In this document: positions 50,601 to 62,419 of the stretch, piece by piece | How positions within the stretch are numbered: position 1 is the stretch's first letter | How the letters are laid out: every line of letters begins with the position of its first letter | From: Mobula hypostoma | Taxonomy: Eukaryota | DNA length: 64,000 nt | Assembly: GCF_963921235.1 (NCBI RefSeq) | Contig: NC_086108.1 | Coordinates: 18,166,001 to 18,230,000 of the forward strand | Direction of reading: 5' to 3' | Translations under genes and position numbers: made by a program | The notes under the pieces: generated by a model | Told to the model about the DNA's origin: nothing | The model's database searches: none | Seen by the model: only the letters and a program-made list of their open reading frames with translations

Positions 50601-52628
50601 AACATAGACATAGACATAGACAAAGGACAGTACAGCACAGTACAGGCCCTTCGGCCCACATTGTTGTGCCAACCCTCAAACCCCCCACCTTAAATTCCTC
50701 CATATACCTGTCCAGTAGTCTCTTAAATTTCACTAGTGTATCTGCCTCCACCACTGACTCAGGCAGTGTATTCCACGCACCAACCACTCTCTGAGTAATA
50801 AAAAACCTTCCTCGAATATCCCCTTTAAACTTTCCACCCCTTACCTTGAAGGCATATCCCCTTGTATTGAGCAGTGGTGCCCTGGGGAAGAGACGCTGAC
50901 CATCCATTCTATCTATTCCTCTTAATATCTTGTATACCTTTATCATGTCTCCACTTATCCTCCTTCTCTCCAAAGAGTAAAGCTCTAGCTCCCTTAATCT
51001 CTGATCATAATGCATACTCTCTAAACCAGGCAGCATACTGGTAAATCTCCTCTGTACCCTTTCCAATGCTTCCACATCCTTCCTATAGTGAGGCGACCAG
51101 AACTGGACACGGTACTCCAAGTGTGGCCTAACCAGAGTTTTATAGAGCTGCATCATTACCTCGCGACTCTTAAACTCTATCCCTCGACTTATGAAAGCTA
51201 ACACCCCATAAGCTTTCTTAACTATCCTATCTACCTGTGAGGCAACTTCCAGGGATCTGTGGACATGTACCCCCAGATCCCTCTGCTCCTCTACACTACC
51301 AAGTATCCTGTCATTTACTTTGTACTCTGCCTTGGAGTTTGTCTTTCCAAAGTGTACCACCTCACATTTCTCCGGGTTGAACTCCATCTGCCACTTCTCA
51401 GCCCACTTCTGCAACTTATCAATGTCTCTCTGCAATCTTTGACAATCCTCTACACTATCTACAACACCACCAACCTTTGTGTTGTCTGCAAACTTGCCAA
51501 CCCACCCTTCTACCCACACATCCAGGTCGTTAATAAAAATCACGAAAAGTAGAGGTCCCAGAACCGATCCTTGTGGGACACCACTAGTCACAACCCTCCA
51601 ATCTGAATGTATTTTAATAACTTCAACACCTCCTCTCCCTTAATATCAACATTCTCCAGAACATCAACCTTACTCATATTGTCCTCACTGTGATCAAGTT
51701 CCCTCTCATTGGTGAATATCGAAGAGAAGTATTCATTGAAGACCTCGCTCATTTCTGCAGCCTCCAGGCACATCTTCCCACCGTTATCTCTAATCGGTCC
51801 TACCTCCACTCCTGTCATCATTTTGTTCTTCACATAATTGAAGAATGCCTTGGGGTTTTCCTTTACCCTACTCACCAAGGCCTTTTCATGCCCCCTTCTT
51901 GCTCTTCTCAGCCCCTTTTTAAGCTCCTTTCTTGCTACCCTATACTCCTCAATAGACCCATCTAATCCTTGCTTCCTAAACCTCATGTATGCTGCCTTCT
52001 TCCACTAGATTTTCCACCTCACTTGTCACCCATGGTTCCTTCACCCTACCATTCTTTATCTTCCTCACAGGGGCAAATTTATCCCTAACATCCTGCAAGA
52101 GATCCCTAAACAGCAACCACATGCCCATTGTACATTTCCCTGCAAAAACATCATCCCAATTCACACCTGCAAGTTCCAGCCTTAAAGCCTCATAATTTGC
52201 CCTTCCTCAATTAAAAATTTTCCTGTCCTCTCTGATTCTATCCTTTTCCATGATAATGCTAAAGGCCAGGGAGCGGTTGGCACTGTCCCCCAGATGCTCA
52301 CCCACTGAGAGATCTGTGACCTGACCCGGTCCGTTACCTAATACAAAATCTAGTATGGCATTCTCCCTAGTCGGCCTGTCAACGTACTGTGACAGGAATC
52401 CGTCCTGGACACACTCAACAAACTCTGCCCCGTCTAAACCCTTGGAACTAATCAGGTGCCAATCAATATTAGGCAAGTTAAAGTCACTCATGATAACAAC
52501 CCTGTTATTTTTGCACCTTTCCAAAATCTGCCTCCCAATCTGCTCCTCGGTATCTCTGCTGCTACCAGGGGGCCTACAGAATACTCCCAATAGTGTACCT
52601 GCTCCCTTCCTGTTCCTGACTTCCACTT
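50601..52628 (-). mobile_element. CR1 family A with internal deletion, nested in PLE
   Basis: ORFs 52207-52626 (APE), 51588-51986 and 50593-51591 (RT C-half); lacks the segment equal to 17991-18537. Confidence 0.95.
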
Positions 52629-54016
52629 CTAGAGGAGGCTACATTGGGAGAACCAGATATAGTAGACAACTCCAATAGATTCACATGTGAACTGTTGTGT
52701 CACCTGAAAAGACTGTTTGGGGTTCTAAGTGGAGGTGAGGGACGAGGTGAATGGGCAGGTGTAACATTTCTGTCACTTGCAGGGATATGTGCCAGGAGGG
52801 AGATAAGTGGGGAGGGATATGTGGACAAGGAAATCACAAAAGGAGTGGAGAGTGAGGTGGGGGGAAGGTAAAGATCTAAGTTGTGGTAGGGTCCCCTTGA
52901 AGATGGCGGAGATGTTGTGGAGAATGACATGTTGGATGCAGAGGCTTATTGGGTGGTAGGTGAGGACAAGAGGAACAAGAGGCAGCGGGAAGATGCGGTG
53001 AGCATGGGTGTCTGGGAAATGAAGAAGATGTAGGTGAGGACAGTATCAATGGTGGAGGAAAGGAAACCCCATTCTTTGAAGAAGGAGGGCACCTCTGAAA
53101 TCCTGGAAAGGAAAGCCTCATTCTGGGAACAGATGCAGCAGAGATGAAGGAACTGGGAAAAGGGAATGGCATTTTTACAGGAGACACGTTGGGAAGAAAT
53201 ATAGTCAAGATAGCCATGGGAATAGGTGGGTTTATAAAAGATATCATTAGACGGTTTGTCTTCAGTGATGGAGATAGAGAGATTGAGGAGGACAGAGAGG
53301 TGCTAGAAATGGACCAACTGAATTTAAGGGCAAGGTGGAAGTTGAAATCAAAGTTGCTGAAATTGACATGCTCAGCATGGGTGCATGAAGCAGCACCAAT
53401 GCATTCATCAATGTAGCACAGAAAAAGTTGGGGAGCATTACCAGGGAAGGATTGGAATATGGACTGTTCCATGTAGCCAACGAAAAGGTAGGCATAGCTG
53501 GGGCCCATGGCTATACCTTGTGTTTGGAGAAAGTGGGGAGAGCCGAAAGAGAAATTGTTGACGGTTAGCACCAGTTCTGCCAGACAGGAGAGAGTCGTGG
53601 TGGAGGGGAAATGGTTGGGACTGTTGTCAAGAAAGAAGCTGAGAGCTTTAAGGCTTTCTTGATGGGGATGGGTGTATAAGGATTGAATATCCATGGTGAA
53701 AATGCCAAGGATATGAAAGTCGTTGAGGAGATCGAATGTATGTGAAGTGTCATGGCTTTAGGTGGAAAAGGACTGAACCAAGGGAATAAAATGGAGTCAA
53801 GGTATGTGGAGAGAAGTTCAGTGAGGCAGGAGCAGGCAGAAACAATGGGCTAACTGGACAGTTAGGTGTGTGGATCTTGGGTAGGAGGTAGAAACGAGCA
53901 GTGTGAGGTAAGGGGACTATAAAGTTGTTACTGTGAATGGGAGAGCTCCAAGGTAAATGATGTTGGAGATGATGTCCTGATGGTTCTAAGTGGGGTCCTT
54001 TTCAAGTGGTAAGTAA

Positions 54017-55026
54017 GGGTACGTCCACACTACACCGGATAATTTTGAAAACGAAGCTTTTTCTCTTCGTTTTGCCCTCCCGTCCACACTGAGCCAGTGT
54101 TTTCAGCCCCCGAAAACAGAGATTTTCGAAAACACTCTCCAGAGTGAATAAATCTGAAAACGCTTAATATCCGTTGTAGTGTGTACGGGGTAAACGGAGA
54201 GATTTAAAAATGTTGTCATGACAACACCACAACAACAATGCTTTTTTCTGCTTCTGCTTGGTACTGCGCAAGTTGTTAGAACGCGCAGTCGGTGTGAACG
54301 GCGTGGGAGTTAAATTGTAAAGTGAGCTTTTTTGACTATTTAAAAACGCTGTCATGACGTGCCGGAACAGACGTTCGTTTTCTTGAACGCCACCACCTAA
54401 CAATTTCAGAACAGACGGACGAGACTGAAGCCAGAAGGGTTAGAAATGTACTCACCAAATACTTGGACCCATAGCTTACTGAATAAATAAGTATACTCAT
54501 TTCACCCTGTTTTCTGTCCTTGCTTGTATGAAGGTGGTTTACCTATTTATGCAAGTTCTTCTCTGACAATAGATGTGTAACAGCCTAATGTAACATTGTA
54601 TGGAAATACAAGATAACACTGATGCAGACGTTTTATACATTTAACAAGGTGCTTTATTAATGCAGCAGAGTTATTCAGTTTTTCAATGTTCGTCGTCAGC
54701 TGGGTCATACTGTCCGTGAACTCCCTGTCGGTTGCCTCCATACGGTCCAGTATTTGTTTTTTTTTAGTTTTAAGTCCTCCTGCGCGAGAGCCAAGAGCAA
54801 TTCCTTTAAAGTTTTTCTACTCTGTAACTGGACAAACGCGCACTAAGTATATTGTTTCCTCTTCGCTTGTTTTCTGTGTGTCCTGCGCATGCCCAGTAGG
54901 AGGAGATTCGCCCAAATATCCGCCTAATGTGGACTGAGATATTTTGAAAAATGCTTAGTGCGGACACCTGTCGCTTCTACCTGAAACCGGCGTTTTCAAA
55001 ATTATCCGGCGTAGTGGGATGTAGCC
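54017..55026. mobile_element. Non-autonomous PIF/Harbinger DNA transposon
   Basis: TIRs GGGTACGTCCACACTACACCGGATAATTTTGAAAACG / CGTTTTCAAAATTATCCGGCGTAGTGGGATGTAGCC; TAA TSD at 54014-54016 and 55027-55029; subterminal GAAAAC repeats. Confidence 0.9.
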
Positions 55027-55089
55027 TAAGAAGAGGTGTCTGAGAGTTAAAAAATAGTTCCCGATTTTCAATGTAACCTCCGATGTTTG

Positions 55090-55350
55090 ATTGATTTTTT
55101 TCAATACTTGCATGGTATCCTTTTCTGTTCCTGGCCATTGGCCATTGGTGTTTTCATAACAAGCTGTAATGTAACCAGTTAGGATATTCTCCTGTGTGCA
55201 TCCATAGAAGTTTGTAAAAATTTTAGGTGACATGCCGAAACGACACAAATTTCTAATAAAGTAGAAACACTATTGTGTCTTCTTTGTGATGACATCTATA
55301 TGCTGGTCGTATGATAGATCCTCTAATATTTTGGCACCAAGGAATATGAG
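55090..55350 (-). mobile_element. Rex1/Babar fragment
   Basis: RFGMSPKIFTNFYGCTQENILTGYITACY. Confidence 0.8.
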
Positions 55351-55351
55351 T

Positions 55352-56555
55352 TAGCATCCGTGGAGGGAATTAAACAGTCGACATTTCGAGCCAAGGCCTT
55401 TCATTAGGACTGAAAAGGAAGGGTGAGGGAGCCAGAATGAGGAGGTGGGTGGGAGGGGGAGAGAAGTACACATGAGGAGGTGATATAGTAAATCCAAGTG
55501 AGGAGGAAGGGAGATGATTTGAGAAGATGGGAGGTAATAAATAGAAGAGGTTAAGGGCTGAAGAAGGAATCTGATTGGAGAGGGAGAGGAATAAAGGGGA
55601 GGAATTAGCGACCCCATCTGGGAGGGTGGAGGGGGAAGAAAAGGGATGAGAGAGCCACCAGAAAGAGGGAAAACAGAAAGGAAACAGTGGCATGAGTTTA
55701 CCAGAAGTTAGAGAAATCGATGTTCATGCCACCAGGTTGGAGATTACCCAAATGTAATTATAAGGTATTTCTCCTCAAACTTAGTTTGGCCTCATTGTGG
55801 TAGGAAATTCCTCTGCAACTTCCACCATCTCCAAACGGATTCCACCACCAGACACATCTTTCTCTTTGCACGGCTGAAAAAGCAGCGACAATCTCCCAAT
55901 GGTGACCCATTTCAATTGGACTTGCCATTTCCATACCGACACCTTTGTCCCCAGCCTCCTCTAGTGCCACAATGATGCCAAACACAGGTTGAAGAAGCAA
56001 CAGCTGTGAATTCCGTCAAGCTTGGGCCAGAGACCATGGACTACAGACCGCAGAGCACAGACTGTAGACCTTGGCCAGAGACCACAGATTTCCAACCTGA
56101 TGCCATGGACATCGATTTCTCTAACTCCTCTCTGTATTCCCCACTGTTTGTTTCCCATCATTCTGGTTTCCTCTCACCCTTTCTGTTCTGCTCAACTCCA
56201 CATCACCTCCCTCTGGTTCCTCGTCCCCTTCCCTTTCTCCCGTGCTCTCCTGTCCTCTCCTATTCTATTCCCTTCAGCCCTTTACAACTTCCACTTATCG
56301 CCTCCTGGCTTCTCACATCATCGCCATTCTCCGACTTGCACTCCTCCTCACCTGCTCTCACCCATTACCTGTCAGCTCGTGCTTCTTCTCTTCCCATAAC
56401 CTGATTATGGTTCCTGCTCCTGTCCTGATGAAGGGTTCAGCCTGAAATGTGGACTGTTTATTTCCCTCCATCCATGCTGCCTGACCTGCTGTGTTCCTCC
56501 AGCATTTAGTGTGTGTTACTCAAGATTTCCAGCATCTGCAGAATCCTTTTGTGTC
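55352..56555. mobile_element. Second head-to-head pair of PLE 3' ends
   Basis: Minus arm 55352-55800 and plus arm 55805-56555, each ending in a pLTR with a decayed hammerhead motif (55375-55412, 56420-56456). Confidence 0.75.
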
Positions 56556-56739
56556 CCTGCATTGTCTATTACTCCCATATTCTAATCAACTGCCCCCAGA
56601 CTCTGCCATTCACCTGCATACTAAGGGTAATTTATCGTCGGCATTTAACCTATGTGTGTTTGGGTTGTGGGTGGAAGCCGGTTTCCAGTGTTATCGTGGA
56701 GCAGCTCTGCTAGCTCTACCATGGCCCCATCCAATTAAC

Positions 56740-57300
56740 TACCAATGATGCTGAGCTGTTGGGAAGGAAAGGGTGATTAGAAGATGGAGAAAGAGTTAGA
56801 TTTTATGAGGGACTTTGCAGCTTGTAAAAATTGGCTGATTTTGCAAAGCAGTGGTTTGTGTCAGACAGTAGCCGCCCTTATCAGCTGCAGGTTCAAGTGA
56901 GTCTCCCTGCAGCTCATTACAATGGAAATGATGTGTCCATCAACACCTATCTTCCCTGCGTGTCCATATGGTTGTGAGCTGATAGCGAATTGGGATTATC
57001 CTGTTAAGGGGACAGATAATAGCTCTTTATTGTGTTGGCAGAGTGGAGTCTCCTAATCAGACTGCAGCACATTTATTTTTTGCGGGAAAGCTTCAGTAAA
57101 AGGCTGGCTGGCTAGCAGGTTTATCAAAGGCTGAGATTTACCTCGAACTAGCTGATTGGCTGCCCAATTCCAATCAGCAGCTCCAGGCTCTGGTTCCTTG
57201 TATTCTTCATTGTAATGCCTGTGCTTCTTGCAGGTTACAGATAGGCAGACGGTGAATTAATCACAAGGGATTGTGTTTGGGAGACGAGTTTTGTACTGTA
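56740..57300. promoter_or_regulatory. Candidate cis-regulatory unique island
   Basis: No repeat similarity recognised; several WGATAR sites, CTTATCAGCTG (GATA + E-box), ATCAAAG (TCF/LEF) and inverted CCAAT boxes at 57151-57178. Confidence 0.3.
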
Positions 57301-57464
57301 GCTGTCCTGAGGACATTTGGAATTACCTAAATTGAAGCTCCCTTTCCACCCATTCCTGCAGTGTCATCTATGCATCTAACTTCCTTCCAGCTCCCACCCC
57401 CTTAGCCTTTTTGATGGCTGTCCCTGACTTACTCCCCACTTCCCTGAATGTTGTTCCTTTAAAG

Positions 57465-57543
57465 TAGAGGTTCCAATCCTGGGGTCCATGGACCCCTCAG
57501 TTAATGGCAAGGTTCCATGGCATGAAAAGGTTGGTAACACCTA
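57465..57543. mobile_element. 79-bp hAT-type MITE
   Basis: Imperfect TIR TAGAGGTTCCAA / TTGGTAACACCTA; 8-bp TSD CTTTAAAG (57457-57464) and CTTCAAAG (57544-57551). Confidence 0.7.
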
Positions 57544-57771
57544 CTTCAAAGGTTCTTGTTTCTCTACTGCCCTTACCATCTCAGGAAATTCCGATAAGAT
57601 CACAGGCAATAAAAGATTTTTCAATTTACTTTGATAATAAAAAAAGTGCTGGTATTGAAGTAATAGGTCATAGGTTTAAGGTGAGAGGGAAACGTTTTTT
57701 ACACAGTACAGTTAGTGCTTGGAAGAGCTAACAGAAGAGGTGCTGGAGGCAGGAACAGTAACGTCATTTAA

Positions 57772-58155
57772 GAAACACACACAACATGCTGGAGGATCTC
57801 GGCAGGTCGGGCAGCATCCGTGGAAACAAACAGTCCACGTTTCGGGCCGAGACCCTTTGTCAGGACTGAAGAGGGAGGGGGCAGGGGCCCTATAAAGAAG
57901 GTGGGGGGAAAGTGGGAAGGAGAAGGCTGGTAGGTGTCAGGTGAAAAACCGGTAAGGAAAAAGATAAGGGGGTGGGAGAGGGGAAGCAGGGAGGGGATAG
58001 ACAGGAAAGGTAAGAAGGAATAGGGGAAAGCACAATGGGTAGTAGAAGGAGGTGGAACCATGAGGGAGGTAGTAGGCAGCTGGAGAAGGGGGCAGAGCGA
58101 AGCTGGGATGGGGGAAGGGAGGGGGAGGGAATTACCAGAAGTTGGAGAATTCAGT
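57772..58155 (-). mobile_element. PLE pLTR/3' fragment with mutated hammerhead
   Basis: Minus strand CAGTCCTGACAAAGGGTCTCGGCCCGAAACGTGGACTG at 57831-57868. Confidence 0.8.
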
Positions 58156-58249
58156 GAGCATACATTGTTATTATTATATATTATTATATTATTATTATCT
58201 ATATAATATAAATATATTATATATTATTATACATTCATACAATGTTCAT

Positions 58250-58455
58250 ACACTACCACGGGCAGCAGTGGAGGCCAAGTCATTGGGTGTATTTAAGGCA
58301 GAGATTGATAGGTATCTGAGTAGCCAGGGCATCAAAGGCTATGGTGAGAAGGCGAGGGGTGGGACTAAATGGGAGAATGGATCAGCTCATGATAAAATGG
58401 CGGAGCAGATTCGACGGGCCGAATGGCCAACTTCTGCTCCTTTGTCTTATGGTCT
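58250..58455 (+). mobile_element. CR1 family B 3' end
   Basis: Reverse complement of 58790-58995. Confidence 0.9.
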
Positions 58456-58777
58456 AATACAGCATGGGAACAGGCCCTTCAGCCCAACTCATTCATGCTG
58501 ACCAAGGTGCCCATCTAAGCTAGTCAAAGTTTTATTGAAATGAATTGAATTGACATTATTTCTTACATCCTTCACATTAATTACGTCTCCATCTAAATGT
58601 ACAATGTGCAATCATTGTAATTTATAATAATTTATAATAAATAGAACAGTCAATGTAATATAGAGTACACTCAACTCAGCGTGAGTTCATCAGTCTGATG
58701 GCCTTGTGGAAGATGCAATGAGAAATGTATTTGCAGAAGCATCACAAGAATGTAGCATTTGATACAAAACATAATTT

Positions 58778-61180
58778 AGACCATAAAACCATAAGACCAT
58801 AAGATAAAGGAGCAGAAGTCGGCCATTCGGTCCATCGAGTCTGCTCTGCCATTTTATCATGAGCTGATCCATTCTCCCATTTAGTCCCACTCCCCCGCCT
58901 TCTCACCATAACCTTTGATGCCCTGGCTTCTCAGATACCTATCAATCTTCGCCTTAAATACACCCAGTGACTTGGCCTCCACTGCTGCCTGTGGCAACAA
59001 ATTCCATAGATTCACCACCCTCTGACTAAAAAAAAATTCTTTGCATTTCTGTTCTGAATGAGCGCCCTTCAATCCTTAAGTCATGCCCCCTTGTACTAGA
59101 CTCCCCCATCATGGGAAACAACTTTGCCACATCCACTCTGTCCAGGCCCTTCAACATTCGGAATGTTTCTATGAGGTCTCCCCTCATTCTTCCAAACTCC
59201 AAGGAATACAGTACAAGAGCGGACAAACGTTCCTCATATGTTAACCTTCTTATTCCCGGAATCATTCTAGTGAATCTTCTCTGTACCCTCTCCAACGTCA
59301 GCACATCCTTTCTTAAATAAGGAGACCAAAACTGACTACAGTACTCTAAGTGAGGTCTCACCAGCGCCTTATAGAGCCTCAACATCACATCCCTGCTCCT
59401 ATACTCTATTCGTCAAGAAATGAATGCCAACATTGCATTCGCCTTCTTCACCACCAATTCAACCTGGAGGTTAACCTGAAGGGTATCCTGTACGAGGACT
59501 CCCAAGTCCCGTTGCATCTCAGAACTTTGAATTCTTTCCCAATTTAAATAATAGTCTGCCCGTTTATTTCTTCTGCCAAAGTGCATAACCATACACTTTC
59601 CAATATTTTATTTCATTTGCCACTTCTTTGCCCAGTCTTCCAATCTATCCAAGTCTCTCTGCAGACTCTCCGTTTCCTCAGCACTATCGGCCCCTCTACC
59701 TATCTTCGTATCGTCAGCAAACTTAGCCACAAAGCCATCTATTCCATAATCCAAATCGTTGATGTACAATTTAAAAAGAAGCGGCCCCAACACGGAACCC
59801 TGTGGAACACCACTGGTAACCGGTAGCCAACCAGAATAGGATCCCTTTATTCCCACTCTCTGTTTCCTGCCAATCAGCCAACGCTCTATCCACGTACGTA
59901 ACTTTCCTATAATTCCATGGGCTCTTATCTTGTTAAGTAGCCCCGTGTGGCACCTTCTCAAAGTCCTTCTGAAAATCCAAATATACAACATCCACTGCAT
60001 CTCCCTTGTCTAGCCTACTGGTAATTTCCTCAAAAAATTGTAATAGGTTTGTCAGGCAGGATTTTCCTTTAAGGAATCCATGCTGAGTTCTGCCTATCTT
60101 GTCATATGCCTCCAGGTACTCTAACCTCATCCTTGACAATCGACTCCAACAACTTCCCAACCACCGATGTCAAGCTAACAGGTCTATAATTTCCTTTTTG
60201 CTTCCTTGCTCCCTTCTTAAATAGCGGAGTGACATTTGCAATCTTCCAGTCCTCTGGAACCATGCCAGAATCTATCGACTTTTGAAAGATCATTGCTAAT
60301 GCCTCCGCAATCTCCACAGCTACTTCCTTCAGAACACGCGGGTGCATTCCATCTGGTCTGGGAGATTTATCTACCTCTACACTGTTCAGCTTCCTGAGTA
60401 CCTTCTCTGTCGTAATTGTGACTGCGCACACTTCTCTTCCCTGCCACCCTTGAGTGTCCGGTATACTGCTGATGTCTTCCTCAGTGAAGACTGATGCAAA
60501 ATACTTGTTCAGTTCCTCTGCCATCTCCTCATCTCCCATTACAATTTCTCCAGCATCATTTTCTATCGGTCCTATATCTACTCTCACCTGTCTTTTACTC
60601 TTTATATACTTGAAAAAGCTTTTAGTATCCTCTTTGATATTATTTGCTAGCTTCCTTTCATAGTTAATCTTTTCCCTCTTAATGATCTTCTTAGTTTCCT
60701 TTTGTAAGGTTTTAAAAACTTCCCAATCCTCTGTCTTCCCACTAATTTTTGCTTCCTTGTATGCCCTCTCCTTTGCTTTATCTTTGGCTTTGACTTCTCT
60801 TGTCAACCACGGTTGCATCCTTTTTCCATTTGAAAATTTCTTCTTTTTTGGAATATACCTGTCTTGCACCTTCCTCACTTCTCACATAAACTCCAGCCAC
60901 TGCTGCTCTGCCGTCTTTCCCGCCATTGTCCCTTTCCAGTCAACTTTGGCCAGTTCCTCTCTCATGCCACTGTAATTTCCTTTACTCCACTGAAATACCG
61001 ACACATCAGATTTCAGCTCCTCTTTTTCTAATTTCACAGTGAACTCAATCATGTTATGATCACTGTCTCCTAAGGGTTCCTTCACCTCAATCTCTCTAAT
61101 CACCTCTGGTTCATTACACAATACCCAATCTAGTACAGCCGATCCCCTAGTGGGCTCAACAACAAGCTGTTCTAAAAAAC
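58778..61180 (-). mobile_element. CR1 LINE family B, ORF2 pseudogene
   Basis: GDSDHNMIEF, 258-aa ORF 60102-60878, YLDFQK and FADDTK; (CTTATGGT)n tail. Confidence 0.95.
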
Positions 61181-61319
61181 CAGAAAGAAAGGGTTAGTCC
61201 CTTTTCCCTAGAGTTAACATCTATCCCTCTGACCCTTTCCTAGATATCTTCTACTGCTGTTATTTTACCTGCCTTTACTGTTTTCTGGCATTTTAACCTG
61301 CAGCACATATTTGGGATAA

Positions 61320-61440
61320 AACACAAAAAATACTGGAGGAACTCAGCTGGTCAGACAGCATCTCTGGAAATGAATAAACAGTCAATGTTTCAGGCTGAGA
61401 TCTTTCATCAGGACTGGGGAGAAAAGATGAGGTCAGACAT
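61320..61440 (-). mobile_element. PLE pLTR fragment with partly decayed hammerhead
   Basis: Minus strand CAGTC-CTGATGA-AAGATCTCAGCCT-GAAA-CATT-GACTG at 61379-61416. Confidence 0.7.
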
Positions 61441-62419
61441 ATATTTGGGATGTGGGAAAGTTTCTTAAATCTAAAACAAAAACAAAAAATGCTGGAAATA
61501 CCCTTTCTTTCCCTCCCATCAGGAAGAAGATACAAAATCCTGAAAGCACATAGAACCAGGCTCAGTGGCAATTCTTTCTGCTTGTTATGCTCAGGGCTAA
61601 CAACACAACTGGTCAAAAAATTGTTATGGAAAGAACAATGCAGATTTAATCCATTGTGGCCAACGACAGACAGGTGGAGGGTGTTCACTGCTATCCTAAA
61701 CATCAGTGGCGTAATGGGCAATTCATTAATTAAATCCCACTGTTAATAAGACTCTTGAACAATAAGATGGGCAATAAGATGGTCCCTTTGTACAATAAGA
61801 TGGGCTCTTGACTTCACAGTGTACCTTGCACCTTACTGTCTGCCTGCATTGTACTTTCTGTTACTGTTGCACACCATTCTACATTCTATAATTGCTTTTC
61901 CCCTGTACTACCTCAATGTACTAATGTGATAAAATAATCTGTATGGATGGCAGGCTTTTCACTGTACCTTGGTATATGTGACAATAAGAAACCAATTTTC
62001 AAGTTCGCCAAATACTAAGAAGGTCAATATTGAGAAGACAAGCAACGGAAGAGGAACAACATCAATGTTTTAGATTGAGAACCTCTTCAGATTTGAAAAA
62101 AGAAAACAAAGAAACAGCTAGAGGGAGAATAGTGGAGGGGCTATCTCTGATAGGGTAAAACCGGTTTACCATGGAAATAAGCTGTAAATAGGCTTAGCTG
62201 GTGCATGGGAGCAGTTAGAGAGTGGTGAACACAGACAGAGGAATGAGTGTGGGAATGTGGGAGGTGGGAAATGCAGAACAGAGAGATGTGTCCAGCAGAT
62301 CAGGTTGGGCATTTCCTCTGCTCTGGCAAGTGGAGGGGTTGTTGGGTTAAGGGTTGGGAGGGATAAAGAAAAAGCTAATATTTACTTATTTATTTAGTGA
62401 TAAAGAAAAAGCTAATATT

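Larger units (their letters stand above)
49545..55048 (-). mobile_element. Penelope-like retroelement (RT + GIY-YIG pseudogene) split by three insertions
   Basis: ORF 52876-53694 MDIQSLYT..NNFSF..LQTQGIAMG..CYIDE is a PLE RT; TCESIGVVYYI near 52650-52690 is the GIY-YIG start; pLTR end at 49545-49640. Sequence is continuous across the inserts. Confidence 0.85.
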
